This document shows positions 48,308 through 57,328 of a stretch of 64,000 nt of DNA, piece after piece (the first letter of the stretch is position 1; each line of letters begins with the position of its first letter). The translations under genes and the position numbers were made by a program. Under the pieces are notes generated by a model, which made no database searches, was not told where the DNA came from, and worked only from the letters and a program-made list of their open reading frames with translations. Source of the stretch: Bdellovibrionales bacterium. Lineage in GTDB: Bacteria; Bdellovibrionota; Bdellovibrionia; Bdellovibrionales; UBA1609. The stretch covers positions 544,001-608,000 of the forward strand of contig CBDCMT010000001.1 in the NCBI GenBank assembly GCA_965219095.1. The letters are read 5' to 3'.

Positions 48308-49198
48308 TTATAAAGTTAAATCACATTTTTTTGTATCGTTTTCCTTACTTTTCCTTTCGACTTTTATAGTGAGAGTATTATCTTCACTTTTCTCACTGAA
48401 AGCATCTATAAGTTTTTGAGAGGAATCAAGAGATGTTTGGTTCACTTCTAAAAGAACGTCTCCCTTACTTAAAACTCTCAAAACCTTAGGGGATAAGACA
48501 TTTTTTACTTTTAATAGACCTGAATCTTCTTCGAAAAAAAAGCCTTGAGCTTCTCTGTCATTTATACTTTCATTTTCAAAAGCAGTTTTCAAAGCATCAG
48601 ACAAGTCTTCCCAAGAGTTGAATTCAGAGAAAGCATCTAGGAGTTTATAACTGGAAAGTTCAGAAAAATTGATCTTATCGATGGGGAAACCAAGTAAAGA
48701 ATATTTTTCATTTTCTTTAGGTTCTGGATTTATGAAGATGATCTCTTGTTTTTTATTGATTTTAAGTAAAGCGAATTTTTCCTCTTCAAATTCTTCTACA
48801 GTTTCTCCTACAAGCTGAGTACTATAAGCTTGATTATTGAAGATAACAAAGATTTGAGGCAGGTTTTCAAGGAGGTCGCTTCTTGCTACAAGGAAGCCTT
48901 CTTTGTGAACTATAAGGCTGTTTTCATGTTGTATTTGAAGTTGGCAGACGTCTTCTAGATCTTGTGTCACAAGTTGTAGGGGAAGGATTAGATCAGGAAG
49001 TGAGGAGGGAGTTTTCCCCCTAGCTCTTTTTTCAGGAGGAGTTAGGGATTCTTGAGAGTCAGATTCATCTTTATTGGATTTTGTTAATTTTGTATTGGTT
49101 TTAAATGGTTTTAAAAATTGTGTTTCCTCCATTGAGCTTGAACATGCTGTGATGGAAAAGATGAACGTTAAAAATAGTTGGTTTTTATAATTTTTCAT
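48308..49198 (-). CDS. lipoprotein with C-terminal PDZ-like domain
   Basis: ITA-C lipobox; GLLKV..V.SP...L.KGDVLLEVN..LTIKVER. Confidence 0.65.
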   Translation of the reverse strand: MKNYKNQLFLTFIFSITACSSSMEETQFLKPFKTNTKLTKSNKDESDSQESLTPPEKRARGKTPSSLPDLILPLQLVTQDLEDVCQLQIQHENSLIVHKEGFLVARSDLLENLPQIFVIFNNQAYSTQLVGETVEEFEEEKFALLKINKKQEIIFINPEPKENEKYSLLGFPIDKINFSELSSYKLLDAFSEFNSWEDLSDALKTAFENESINDREAQGFFFEEDSGLLKVKNVLSPKVLRVLSKGDVLLEVNQTSLDSSQKLIDAFSEKSEDNTLTIKVERKSKENDTKKCDLTL

Positions 49199-49560
49199 AA
49201 AATCACTCCTTTTCTTGTTTTTTTCTTACTTTTTAAGACTGCAAGCTATGCCACCTTCCTTAGGGCCTTTATTTTAATGTAAGCAAGCTCTCAGTTTTTT
49301 GTGACAAAAAGGGCTTGTCAGTTGATCAATTTTTATACACTTTGACTTCTTTTCTTTTAAGGGTACGTCTTGGACTACAGACCTTACTATAATTGGCTCC
49401 TCCCGGAAATCTTTATTTTCAGGTTAAAGGACTTTTCTTTAAGTCTTCTCTTCCAGAAAAGGATAAAAAATCATCCTCTTCTCATTCGGCTAAAAAAAAG
49501 AAATAAAAATTAAAAATCACATCCACTGTTAAAACTAGAGAATCTTGATTTTGAAGTTTT

Positions 49561-49925
49561 TTAACAGTTGATTTTCAGATCTACTAAATTGTCAAACAAA
49601 GCTTCTGCATTATCTGCATTAAGATTAAAAAGGAAAGACCTGTCTTCGATTGAAGCTCCTAAAAACTCAATAAGCTGAACAATGTTAGAAGCTGTTATCC
49701 ATGTGCTTTTTCTACCGTCTTTTAATTTCTCATAGTTTTCTAAATTTAAGGCTCCTCCCGGGAACCCACAGATTCTTTTGAGGAGGCAAATTTAATTTCA
49801 AGAATTTAGCTACTTCCATAACTGATTTGTTAGATTTTAGTCGAATGTTTTTCAATTTATAGCAAATACAAAGAGCAAAAAAAATTCCTTCAGACTCTTT
49901 TTTGGGTATCTTATAAAGTTCGACA
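49561..49925 (-). pseudogene. HTH (XRE-like) protein interrupted by a 38-bp ISL3 scar
   Basis: After removing the scar and one TSD: YKLKNIRLKSNKSVMEVAKFLKLNLENYEKLKDG...DLKINC*; 5' end unclear. Confidence 0.55.
49750..49787 (+). mobile_element. 38-bp collapsed ISL3 (IRL fused to IRR)
   Basis: GGCTCCTCCCGGGAA+CCCACAGATTCTTTTGAGGAGGC flanked by 8-bp TSD AAATTTAA. Confidence 0.9.
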
Positions 49926-50060
49926 TATCAAGAAAGAATTATAAAATCAAAAGTAGGTCTTTTGCAACTATCACATTTTATGCTGTATGATCTTTATCTC
50001 TGTTACTTTCTACTATAGAGGGTTAAATATTTTTTCATAGACGTCCTATTACATTTTTTT

Positions 50061-52025
50061 TTAACGACCACGACTGCGGCCTCCAGAACGTGAACGTCCC
50101 CTTCTTCCTCTTTCCTCTCCATAATACCTTCTTCCACCTCTATATCTACCGTAGTAAAAATCACCACCACCACTAAAGTCACCATAAATATAATCTCTAT
50201 ACACTTCTTGAACCTGAGATTGAAGAATGCCCATTTGTTGATACAATCCTTGCAATCTTTGTTGAGCTATTTGTTGGTTTTGTATTCTTCTTTGTTGGTA
50301 TTCCATAGCTACTTGAATGGCTTGAAATTGAGAACCGCCTAAACCACCGCCTCCTAAGCCACCTCCTAGAATTAAGTTCAATAGTCCATTGCCGCCTCCT
50401 AAGCCACCGCCTCCTAAGCCACCGCCTCCTAAGCCACCTCCTAGAATTAAGTTCAATAGTCCATTGCTGCCTCCTAAGCCACCGCCTCCTAAGCCACCGC
50501 CTCCTAAGCCACCTCCTAGAATTAAGTTCAATAGTCCATTGCCGCCTCCTAAGCCACCGCCTCCTAAGCCACCGCCTCCTAAGCCACCTCCTAGAATTAA
50601 GTTCAATAGTCCACCGCCGCCGCCTCCTAAGCCACCGCCTCCTAAGCCACCTCCTAGAATTAAGTTCAATAGTCCACCGCCGCCGCCTCCTAAGCCACCG
50701 CCTCCTAAGCCACCTCCTAGAATTAAGTTCAATAGTCCACCGCCGCCGCCGCCTCCTAGACCTGGATTAGCATAAAAAGGACTTAAACCAGAGCGAAGAA
50801 GCAAAGGAAGAGCTTGAGGACCATAAAGAGATAGGAGAGAATTATAACCAAAGTTTCCATGAAGATTCCAAGCCCCATTAGTTCCTCCTCCTAGACCACC
50901 TGATCCATACATTTTTGAACAAAGAAGAGCATGTTGAGAAGAATTGCCTCCGGAAAATAAAAAAGGCCAAAGAGCTGAAATACCTGCACCAGCAACTGCT
51001 CCTGATGGAGTAGGAAACCCTAAACGACTACGATGATCAATAGCTCTATCAGCTAAATATACAGAAGTTCCCACACCAATAGCAGCACCTAAGACTCTTT
51101 CAAAAATATCCCAACCCGACTGTTTTGGTTTTTGATAACAAAGCCCTGAAGGACAATGAGCCTGCAAACTGCCGGACCGTATTTTTTTCTGCAAACTTTC
51201 AATCGCATCTTCTTTTTCATCTTCATGATCGTCTAAAGCATCTTCTAAATTAGTAAATAGTTCTTCAAGGGTTTCAATATAATTTATTTGATTTTCTCTT
51301 GATTCTAAGGCATTTTTAATTTGTTTTTTACATGGGATTAAAGAGGTTTTTTTACAAACTATACCACTTAAAAATTCTGTCGCATTATCTTTGTCCATTT
51401 TACCATTATTACATACTTTCTCATTAGAAGTGTTAACAGTATCATTATCATTTTCTTTGCATTTACCCTCCTTAAAGTTATCTTGATTAATTTTGTTTTT
51501 ACACCCAAGATCAGGATACCTATGCACTAGATCAATAAGTTCACTTTTCGAAACACCCACATCTGTACCATCTCTTTCACACTTAAGGTTATCCTTAATA
51601 AAATCTCCTTTGCTAAACTTACGAGAAATTCCCTTTTGTATATCATCATCACCTCCATGATAGCCTGTTAAAGTACAATTGTCTGCTATCTCATCGAGAT
51701 CAATTTCTTCATTATCATTATCTTCAAGTGTAAAAAGCTCATCTATATCTTCTATATTAGAAGGATCAACTTCCAAATTTATTTTTAAACCGCAATATCT
51801 TTTTGTTTCCTTTGAAAGGTCTCTTATCTTATCTTTTATTTTTTCTATATTATTTTTTATATCTTTAACATTTTTTTTATAACCTTGATGGTGTTGTACC
51901 AACAAATCATTTATTGTAATAGGCTGGGGGCATCGATTAGATAACCACTGTGGTGTATATAAAAAGCCTGAAGCTGAAACTCCAAAGGTTAACGTCAATA
52001 TTAAAAGACTGTACTTAAATTTCAT
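50061..52025 (-). CDS. secreted Cys-rich / coiled-coil protein with Gly-rich repeat region
   Basis: ATG at 52025 with RBS GAGGGGG; signal peptide; GGGL repeats; Gln-rich helix; Arg/Gly-rich tail. Confidence 0.8.
   Translation of the reverse strand: MKFKYSLLILTLTFGVSASGFLYTPQWLSNRCPQPITINDLLVQHHQGYKKNVKDIKNNIEKIKDKIRDLSKETKRYCGLKINLEVDPSNIEDIDELFTLEDNDNEEIDLDEIADNCTLTGYHGGDDDIQKGISRKFSKGDFIKDNLKCERDGTDVGVSKSELIDLVHRYPDLGCKNKINQDNFKEGKCKENDNDTVNTSNEKVCNNGKMDKDNATEFLSGIVCKKTSLIPCKKQIKNALESRENQINYIETLEELFTNLEDALDDHEDEKEDAIESLQKKIRSGSLQAHCPSGLCYQKPKQSGWDIFERVLGAAIGVGTSVYLADRAIDHRSRLGFPTPSGAVAGAGISALWPFLFSGGNSSQHALLCSKMYGSGGLGGGTNGAWNLHGNFGYNSLLSLYGPQALPLLLRSGLSPFYANPGLGGGGGGGLLNLILGGGLGGGGLGGGGGGLLNLILGGGLGGGGLGGGGGGLLNLILGGGLGGGGLGGGGLGGGNGLLNLILGGGLGGGGLGGGGLGGSNGLLNLILGGGLGGGGLGGGGLGGGNGLLNLILGGGLGGGGLGGSQFQAIQVAMEYQQRRIQNQQIAQQRLQGLYQQMGILQSQVQEVYRDYIYGDFSGGGDFYYGRYRGGRRYYGEERGRRGRSRSGGRSRGR
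50334..50760 (-). repeat. coding tandem repeat with six LLNLILGG units
   Basis: AGAATTAAGTTCAATAGTCCA recurs at 50368, 50443, 50518, 50593, 50656, 50719 (periods 75,75,75,63,63), separated by 15-bp GGGGL subrepeats. Confidence 0.95.
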
Positions 52026-52536
52026 AAAATCCCCCTCTATAATAGACACTTCCTAGATTACCATACACAGGAAGAAAACTCAAAATAAGGCCTTTCAGAA
52101 AACAGGACTTGAGTCCTGTTAATTTTTTAGAACAATTCCGATTCTGACAGATAACAAAAGAGTTTTTTTAAACTTTGGAAGAGACAATCACATTTTTGCT
52201 AATCTAACTATATATGACATTTCTTTTTTTTTACTTTAGTCTAGCTCTCTTTCAAAATTTGATCCTGCTTCAAAGGGGAAAGACTTTTTCTCTCTTCCTT
52301 ACCTTTAATGAGATTTACAACTTTAATGCAAAAGTTTTAATATAAAGACCAGCAAAATAAAATTCAGATATAGCACTCAAAAAGAATAGAACTTTTCTTC
52401 ATTTAGGTTAGAAGAGTTCTGCTGTTCAACTGTGTTTCAAAGAAGATTCAAAACTTAGTAAGCCTTTTGAAGTTTTTTGTTTGAAATGAGAAACTTTTAG
52501 CTACAAATTTTCAGGAGAACTTGAAAAAACACAAAT

Positions 52537-54291
52537 TCAATTCTTATGGAATTTCCTTGTAGTACACAAGCCAAGATTTAAAAGCTGTTCAGAACTTATA
52601 GGAGAAGGACTTTGTATCATAAGGTCCATAGCACTTGTTGTTTTAGGAAAGGCCATAACATCCCGAATGTTATTTGTATCTAGTAAACACATCATAAGCC
52701 TTTCAAGCCCTATAGCAAAACCTCCATGAGGAGGAGTTCCATGCTTTAAAGCTTCCAGGAGAAACCCAAACTGCTTATAAGCTTGATCTTTACTAAAGCC
52801 TAAAATTTTTAAAATTTGTAACTGTAAATGAGGATTATGGATACGCAGACTCCCCCCTCCTAATTCATGACCGTTACAGACAAGATCATAAGCACGAGCT
52901 TTCACTTTAGAAATAAAGCCCTCATCATTAAGCTGATCAAGAAATTCTTCATGAGGTGCTGTAAAAGGGTGATGGCAAGCAACCCACTTTTTTTCTTCTT
53001 CATCAAATTCAAAACTAGGAAAATCCACAATCCATAAAAACTGATCATCTTTGTTGTTTGCAAACCCAAGCCTTTGTGCTAAATGAACCCTTAAGGCCCC
53101 TAAAGACTCACAACAGATCTTATGTTCGTCAGCAATGATGAAGGCAGTGCCTGTTTTTTTTCCTCCCAGCTGAGAAAAAACATACTCTAAGAACTCTTGG
53201 GATACAAATTTTTTAAAAGAACTAGTCCACTCCCCTAAATCATTCACCTTAAGCCAAGCTAAACCTTTAGCTTGAAAACCTTGTACAAGTTTATTGAAAC
53301 CATCCAAATCTTTTCTAGAAAATAAATTTTCCACAAAAAAACCTTTAATAGATTTTTTACTCTTAAAAGCTTTTTCAAAAACTTCAAAACCACAGCCCTC
53401 GATTCCTGGAACATCCACAAGCTTCCAAGGGATTCTCAAGTCAGGCCTATCAGATCCGTACTGATTCATAGCTTCTTCATAGCTCATAACAGAAAAAGGT
53501 TTTAAGTCTTTGTTTTTAAACTTTTTCCATAAAAAACATATAAGTTTTTCTATAACACTCATAACGTCTTTTTCACTCACAAAACTCATCTCCAAATCAA
53601 TCTGACTGAACTCTGGCTGACGATCCGATCTTAAATCTTCATCTCTAAAACATCGTGCTATCTGAAAGTAACGATCCACTCCAGATGACATAAGAAGTTG
53701 TTTTAAAATTTGAGGGCTTTGAGGAAGGGCATAAAAAAAGCCTTTATAAAGGCGGGAGGGAATTAAATAATCTCTTGCTCCCTCTGGAGTGCTTTTACAA
53801 AGTATAGGAGTTTCTATCTCCCAAAACTTCTCATTTGATAAATAATTACGAATAGCTAAAACAACTTGATGGCGTACTTTAAGATGGTTCATTATCTTTG
53901 GTGAACGTAAATAAAGATAACGGTACTGAAGTTTAAGATTCTCAGAAACTTTCTCATCATCAACCAAAAAGGGCAAGTTCTGTGCTTGATTGAGAATCCT
54001 ATACCCAAAAGGGTGAACTTCTATTTTACCTGTCGGCATTTTAGGGTTGATATGATTTTCAGTTCTTTTTAGCACTGTACCCTCAATTTCTAAAATACAT
54101 TCTCTTTTGATCTCTTTTGCTAGAGGAAATCTCTCAAAATGTAACACAACTTGAACGAGACCTGTACGATCTCTTAAAGTGACAAAAATAAAATGCCCGT
54201 AATCTCTTAAGGAATGGACCCAGCCCACTAAAAGTACTTTTTTTCCATGATTCTGAACGTCCAATTCGCCGCAATAATGACTTCTTCTCAT
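52537..54291 (-). CDS. aspS: aspartate--tRNA ligase
   Basis: RSHYCGEL, STPEGARDY, FRDEDLRSDRQPEF, PPHGG.A.GLERL. Confidence 0.97.
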   Translation of the reverse strand: MRRSHYCGELDVQNHGKKVLLVGWVHSLRDYGHFIFVTLRDRTGLVQVVLHFERFPLAKEIKRECILEIEGTVLKRTENHINPKMPTGKIEVHPFGYRILNQAQNLPFLVDDEKVSENLKLQYRYLYLRSPKIMNHLKVRHQVVLAIRNYLSNEKFWEIETPILCKSTPEGARDYLIPSRLYKGFFYALPQSPQILKQLLMSSGVDRYFQIARCFRDEDLRSDRQPEFSQIDLEMSFVSEKDVMSVIEKLICFLWKKFKNKDLKPFSVMSYEEAMNQYGSDRPDLRIPWKLVDVPGIEGCGFEVFEKAFKSKKSIKGFFVENLFSRKDLDGFNKLVQGFQAKGLAWLKVNDLGEWTSSFKKFVSQEFLEYVFSQLGGKKTGTAFIIADEHKICCESLGALRVHLAQRLGFANNKDDQFLWIVDFPSFEFDEEEKKWVACHHPFTAPHEEFLDQLNDEGFISKVKARAYDLVCNGHELGGGSLRIHNPHLQLQILKILGFSKDQAYKQFGFLLEALKHGTPPHGGFAIGLERLMMCLLDTNNIRDVMAFPKTTSAMDLMIQSPSPISSEQLLNLGLCTTRKFHKN

Positions 54292-54369
54292 ACTAACATC
54301 TAAATTATAGGGAAGTCTTAAATATAAGACAAGAGATTTATAGGGGCTTTTCTATCTATAAAAGTCTTT

Positions 54370-54399
54370 TTGACAAAGAGGCTTTCCTTCATTTATAAT
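54370..54399 (+). promoter_or_regulatory. sigma-70 promoter
   Basis: TTGACA-18 bp-TATAAT, ending 6 nt before the ATG at 54406. Confidence 0.7.
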
Positions 54400-54405
54400 G
54401 GAACT

Positions 54406-54720
54406 ATGCCAAAGTTAGAGTTAGAATTTAAAACAAAACAATCTGCTAAAGGTACTTTTAGTACTTTAAAGAAGATCTTACCTCAACACCCTCGTTTCAA
54501 AAAACTAGACCCTTCCTTTACTTGTAAATTTCATTCTAATCATTTGAATGTAGATATTAAAAGCAAACTTTTTAAAGCCCATGTGTCTTTAATAGAAAAT
54601 AAGTCTCAAACGACAATTAAAATCAAGGGAGAGATCCCTTTTGCTATGGCTCTTTTTAAGGGGCAGATAGAAAAAGCTTTGAAAAGTGAGATGAACAAAG
54701 CTTTTTCTGATCTATCATGA
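54406..54720 (+). CDS. small protein resembling the polyhydroxyalkanoic-acid-system family
   Basis: MPKLELE..., LDPSFTC.F, FKA, IPFAMALFKGQIE. Confidence 0.55.
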   Translation: MPKLELEFKTKQSAKGTFSTLKKILPQHPRFKKLDPSFTCKFHSNHLNVDIKSKLFKAHVSLIENKSQTTIKIKGEIPFAMALFKGQIEKALKSEMNKAFSDLS

Positions 54721-55679
54721 AAAAGAAAAAAAACAAAGCTTTCACAAAAAAAAAGAAACTACTTAGAAAAAAGACACTTCAAAAAACAAATAAAACCTTC
54801 GCAAAACTCAAGCCTATTAAGAAGGAACTTGTTAAACCTACTTCCGCACCCTCCCTCTATGATCCTCTGTCTGTGTATATATCTCAAATTCAAAAATATA
54901 AAATTTTATCTAAACAAGAAGAGAAAAAAATTGCCATTGAATACAAAAAAACAGGAAACAAAGATCTAGCTCAAAAGCTCATAACCTCTAACCTTCGCTT
55001 TGTAGTTAAAATTGCAAGCCAGTACTCTCAACTAGGAGTTCAACTCATTGAACTCATACAACAAGGCAACATCGGTCTTATGCATGCTGTAAAAGAATTT
55101 AACCCTTATAAAGACATTCGTCTTATTACCTATGCTGTATGGTGGATTAGAGGCTACATTCAAGAGTACTTAAGAAACCAGTACTCTATTGTCAAAATAG
55201 GCACCACCCCTGAACAAAGAAAACTTTTCTACGCTCTACAAAGAGAAAAAAGCAAAATTGATGAATTAGGCTACTCCACAGTCATAAGACAACTTAGTGG
55301 AAAGCTCAACATAAAAGAAAAAGATGTAAAAGAAATGGGGGAAAGAATTTTACAAAGAGATATAAGCTTAGATCAAAAAATAAAACCCGATCAAGAAAAA
55401 ACTTTCTTAGAAATGCAACCAGAAGAAGAATCTCTTGAAGAAAAAGTAGCCTACAGGGAGCAAATTTACAAACTCAAAGAGAGTATTGAGAAACTAAAAC
55501 CCCAGCTCAATGAAAAAGAGCTTTTTATTTTAAATCATCGTATTATGTCTGACTCCCCTATGACCCTTCAAGATATTGGAAATCACAGAGGCGTTAGTCG
55601 TGAATCAATAAGACAAATGGAGGCTCGTATTATACAAAAAATAAAAAATTTCACTCACAAACAACTTAAAAAAGAATAA
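54717..55679 (+). CDS. rpoH: RNA polymerase sigma-32 (RpoH-like) factor
   Basis: LITSNLRFVVKIA, GNIGLMHAVKEF, YAVWWIR, RpoH box VKIGTT..QRKLFY.L, region 4 VSRESIRQ.E. Confidence 0.85.
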   Translation: MKKKKNKAFTKKKKLLRKKTLQKTNKTFAKLKPIKKELVKPTSAPSLYDPLSVYISQIQKYKILSKQEEKKIAIEYKKTGNKDLAQKLITSNLRFVVKIASQYSQLGVQLIELIQQGNIGLMHAVKEFNPYKDIRLITYAVWWIRGYIQEYLRNQYSIVKIGTTPEQRKLFYALQREKSKIDELGYSTVIRQLSGKLNIKEKDVKEMGERILQRDISLDQKIKPDQEKTFLEMQPEEESLEEKVAYREQIYKLKESIEKLKPQLNEKELFILNHRIMSDSPMTLQDIGNHRGVSRESIRQMEARIIQKIKNFTHKQLKKE

Positions 55680-55799
55680 ACTTTAACTTTAAGTAACTGT
55701 TTGAAAAAAATCTAGTTATGTTTTCAGATTTTTTGAGTTGAGGTCTAGTTTTTATTCTAAGGCCTTGATAAAAAGTCATTTATTTTTAAAAATAGTTTC

Positions 55800-55850
55800 A
55801 TATGACAATTCTCCCTTTAGATTCTAAAAACCTAAACGGAAGTACTATAT
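55800..55850 (+). mobile_element. IS630 right-end remnant
   Basis: AAAACCTAAACGGAAGTACTATA vs AAAACCTAAACGGAAGCACTATA at 57241. Confidence 0.7.
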
Positions 55851-56214
55851 GAGCAAGAATGAAAAGCCTAAAAACGACAATCACAAGGCTCTTTCAAGAG
55901 TGTCTATCAAAAAGAAAATATGGATGACCAGCCTTTTTTTGAAAAGCTGGGACTTAAAAACCCTGATTAGAAGAGTTAGACTCATCTAAGAAGTAAGCTC
56001 ATAAAAAGGAGCTTACTATTAACAATAAAAAAGGAGGTCATCCAATGAAAAATATAATGTATATCGGACTAGACGTCGATGATAAAAGTTTCACAGCTAG
56101 CTTAGTCAAAGAGGGCTTAAGCGACGAGGTCATAAGTATAAAGAGCCGTCCCAACTTTAAAGCCTTTCAGAAAAAGATAGAGAGGTTTATAAAAGAAGGC
56201 TACCAATTAAAGGT

Positions 56215-56390
56215 TGAACTTCCCCTGTTTCTGCGGACAGTCAATTTTCTCTTAAAGTCTCCGTAAAATGGAGGTAAAAGAAAGAATGAAAAAGTAAAAC
56301 AGTACTCGGAAGAGTTTAAAAAGCAAGCCATTGAATTGGCAGAGGAAATAGGTGCAAAGGAAGCCTCAGAGAAGCTAGGACTGAGAAATT
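56215..56390 (+). mobile_element. IS3-family left end and orfA fragment
   Basis: TGAACTTCCCCTGTTTCTGCGGACAG; ATG 56286 MKKVKQYSEEFKKQAIELA (HTH_Tnp_1-like). Confidence 0.8.
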
Positions 56391-56472
56391 TCAAAGCTAT
56401 GTTATCTATAGCATGTATTTTTATTTGGCTTAAACTTCAAAGTAAAGGTCCAGTCAAATGAGGACACGCCCT
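56384..56472 (+). mobile_element. IS5 transposase C-terminus and right end
   Basis: RNFKAMLSIACIFIWLKLQSKGPVK* followed by GGACACGCCCT. Confidence 0.75.
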
Positions 56473-56473
56473 A

Positions 56474-57263
56474 AGAAAGAGGAGAAAATGCTTTTAAAGG
56501 AATTAGAGAAAAGAATTTTTCCATCATCACAATCTGTTATCCAGTTCATTGAGGAGAATTTTGGTGTTACGTACTTTAACAAGTGGTGTAATTGATCTTC
56601 TCCATCGCCTTGGTTTTTCTTATAAAAAAGCCACAGCGATACCGGGTAAGGCAAAGAGAGAAGAGCAGAAAAAGTTTGTGCGTAAATACAAGAGAATTAA
56701 GAAGAAAGACGGTCCTGTTTACTTTGCTGATTCCACACATCCTGAGTGGGGCCCTACGATTTCATATGGTTGGATAAGAGAGGGTAAGAAGTTTGAAGTG
56801 AAGACCAATTCAGGCTGGAGAAAAAGAGTGAATGTTTGTGGAGCTATTGAGATCAATAGTTTGAAGACGGTAGTCAGGAGTTATAAGACAGTTAACCATG
56901 TTTCCATATGTGATATGCTCCATCATATTCGCAAGAAGCATCCCGATGAAAAAGAGATTCATCTTATCTTAGATGGGGCCGGATACAATAGATCGAAGTC
57001 TGTCAAGAAGTTAGCGAAAGAGTTGAATATAAAACTTGTTTATCTTCCTCCGTACTCACCGAATTTAAATCCTATAGAAAGACTTTGGAAGTTTATGAAA
57101 AAAGAAGTCACGGCGAATCGATATTATGAAAACTATGACGATTTCAAGGGAAGTTTAAGTCAATTTTTTAGAGGAATACGAAAACACAGATCTAAATTAG
57201 AAACTTTGATAACTGATAACTTCTCTATCTTAGGAAACTGAAAACCTAAACGGAAGCACTATA
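56474..57263 (+). mobile_element. 5'-truncated IS630-family element
   Basis: LHRLGFSYKK, YFAD, LILDGAGY, LPPYSPNLNPIERLW; right IR ends CACTATA. Confidence 0.88.
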
Positions 57264-57328
57264 TAACATAGCAAAGTCGTTGAAAAAAAGATTAAGGGGC
57301 AAAGCTCTTTCGTGTCATCTTAATGCGT

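Noticed and set aside
48095..48313. Short ORF-track ORFs (e.g. 4485, 9545, 10656, 16453, 33534, 48095, 58719, 62792)
   Set aside because: Antisense or overlapping shadows of real genes or IS ends, with no recognisable motifs.
49395..49412. Isolated ISL3 left-IR piece pairing with the 47996-48104 right end around the PDZ lipoprotein
   Set aside because: The ends face away from the gene and share no TSD; treated as separate debris.
50334..50760. CRISPR-like array
   Set aside because: The 'spacers' are themselves repeats and lie in frame within a CDS; no cas genes.
50389..50775. Pro-rich PPPK ORF on the + strand
   Set aside because: Antisense shadow of the Gly-rich repeat; TTG start with no RBS.
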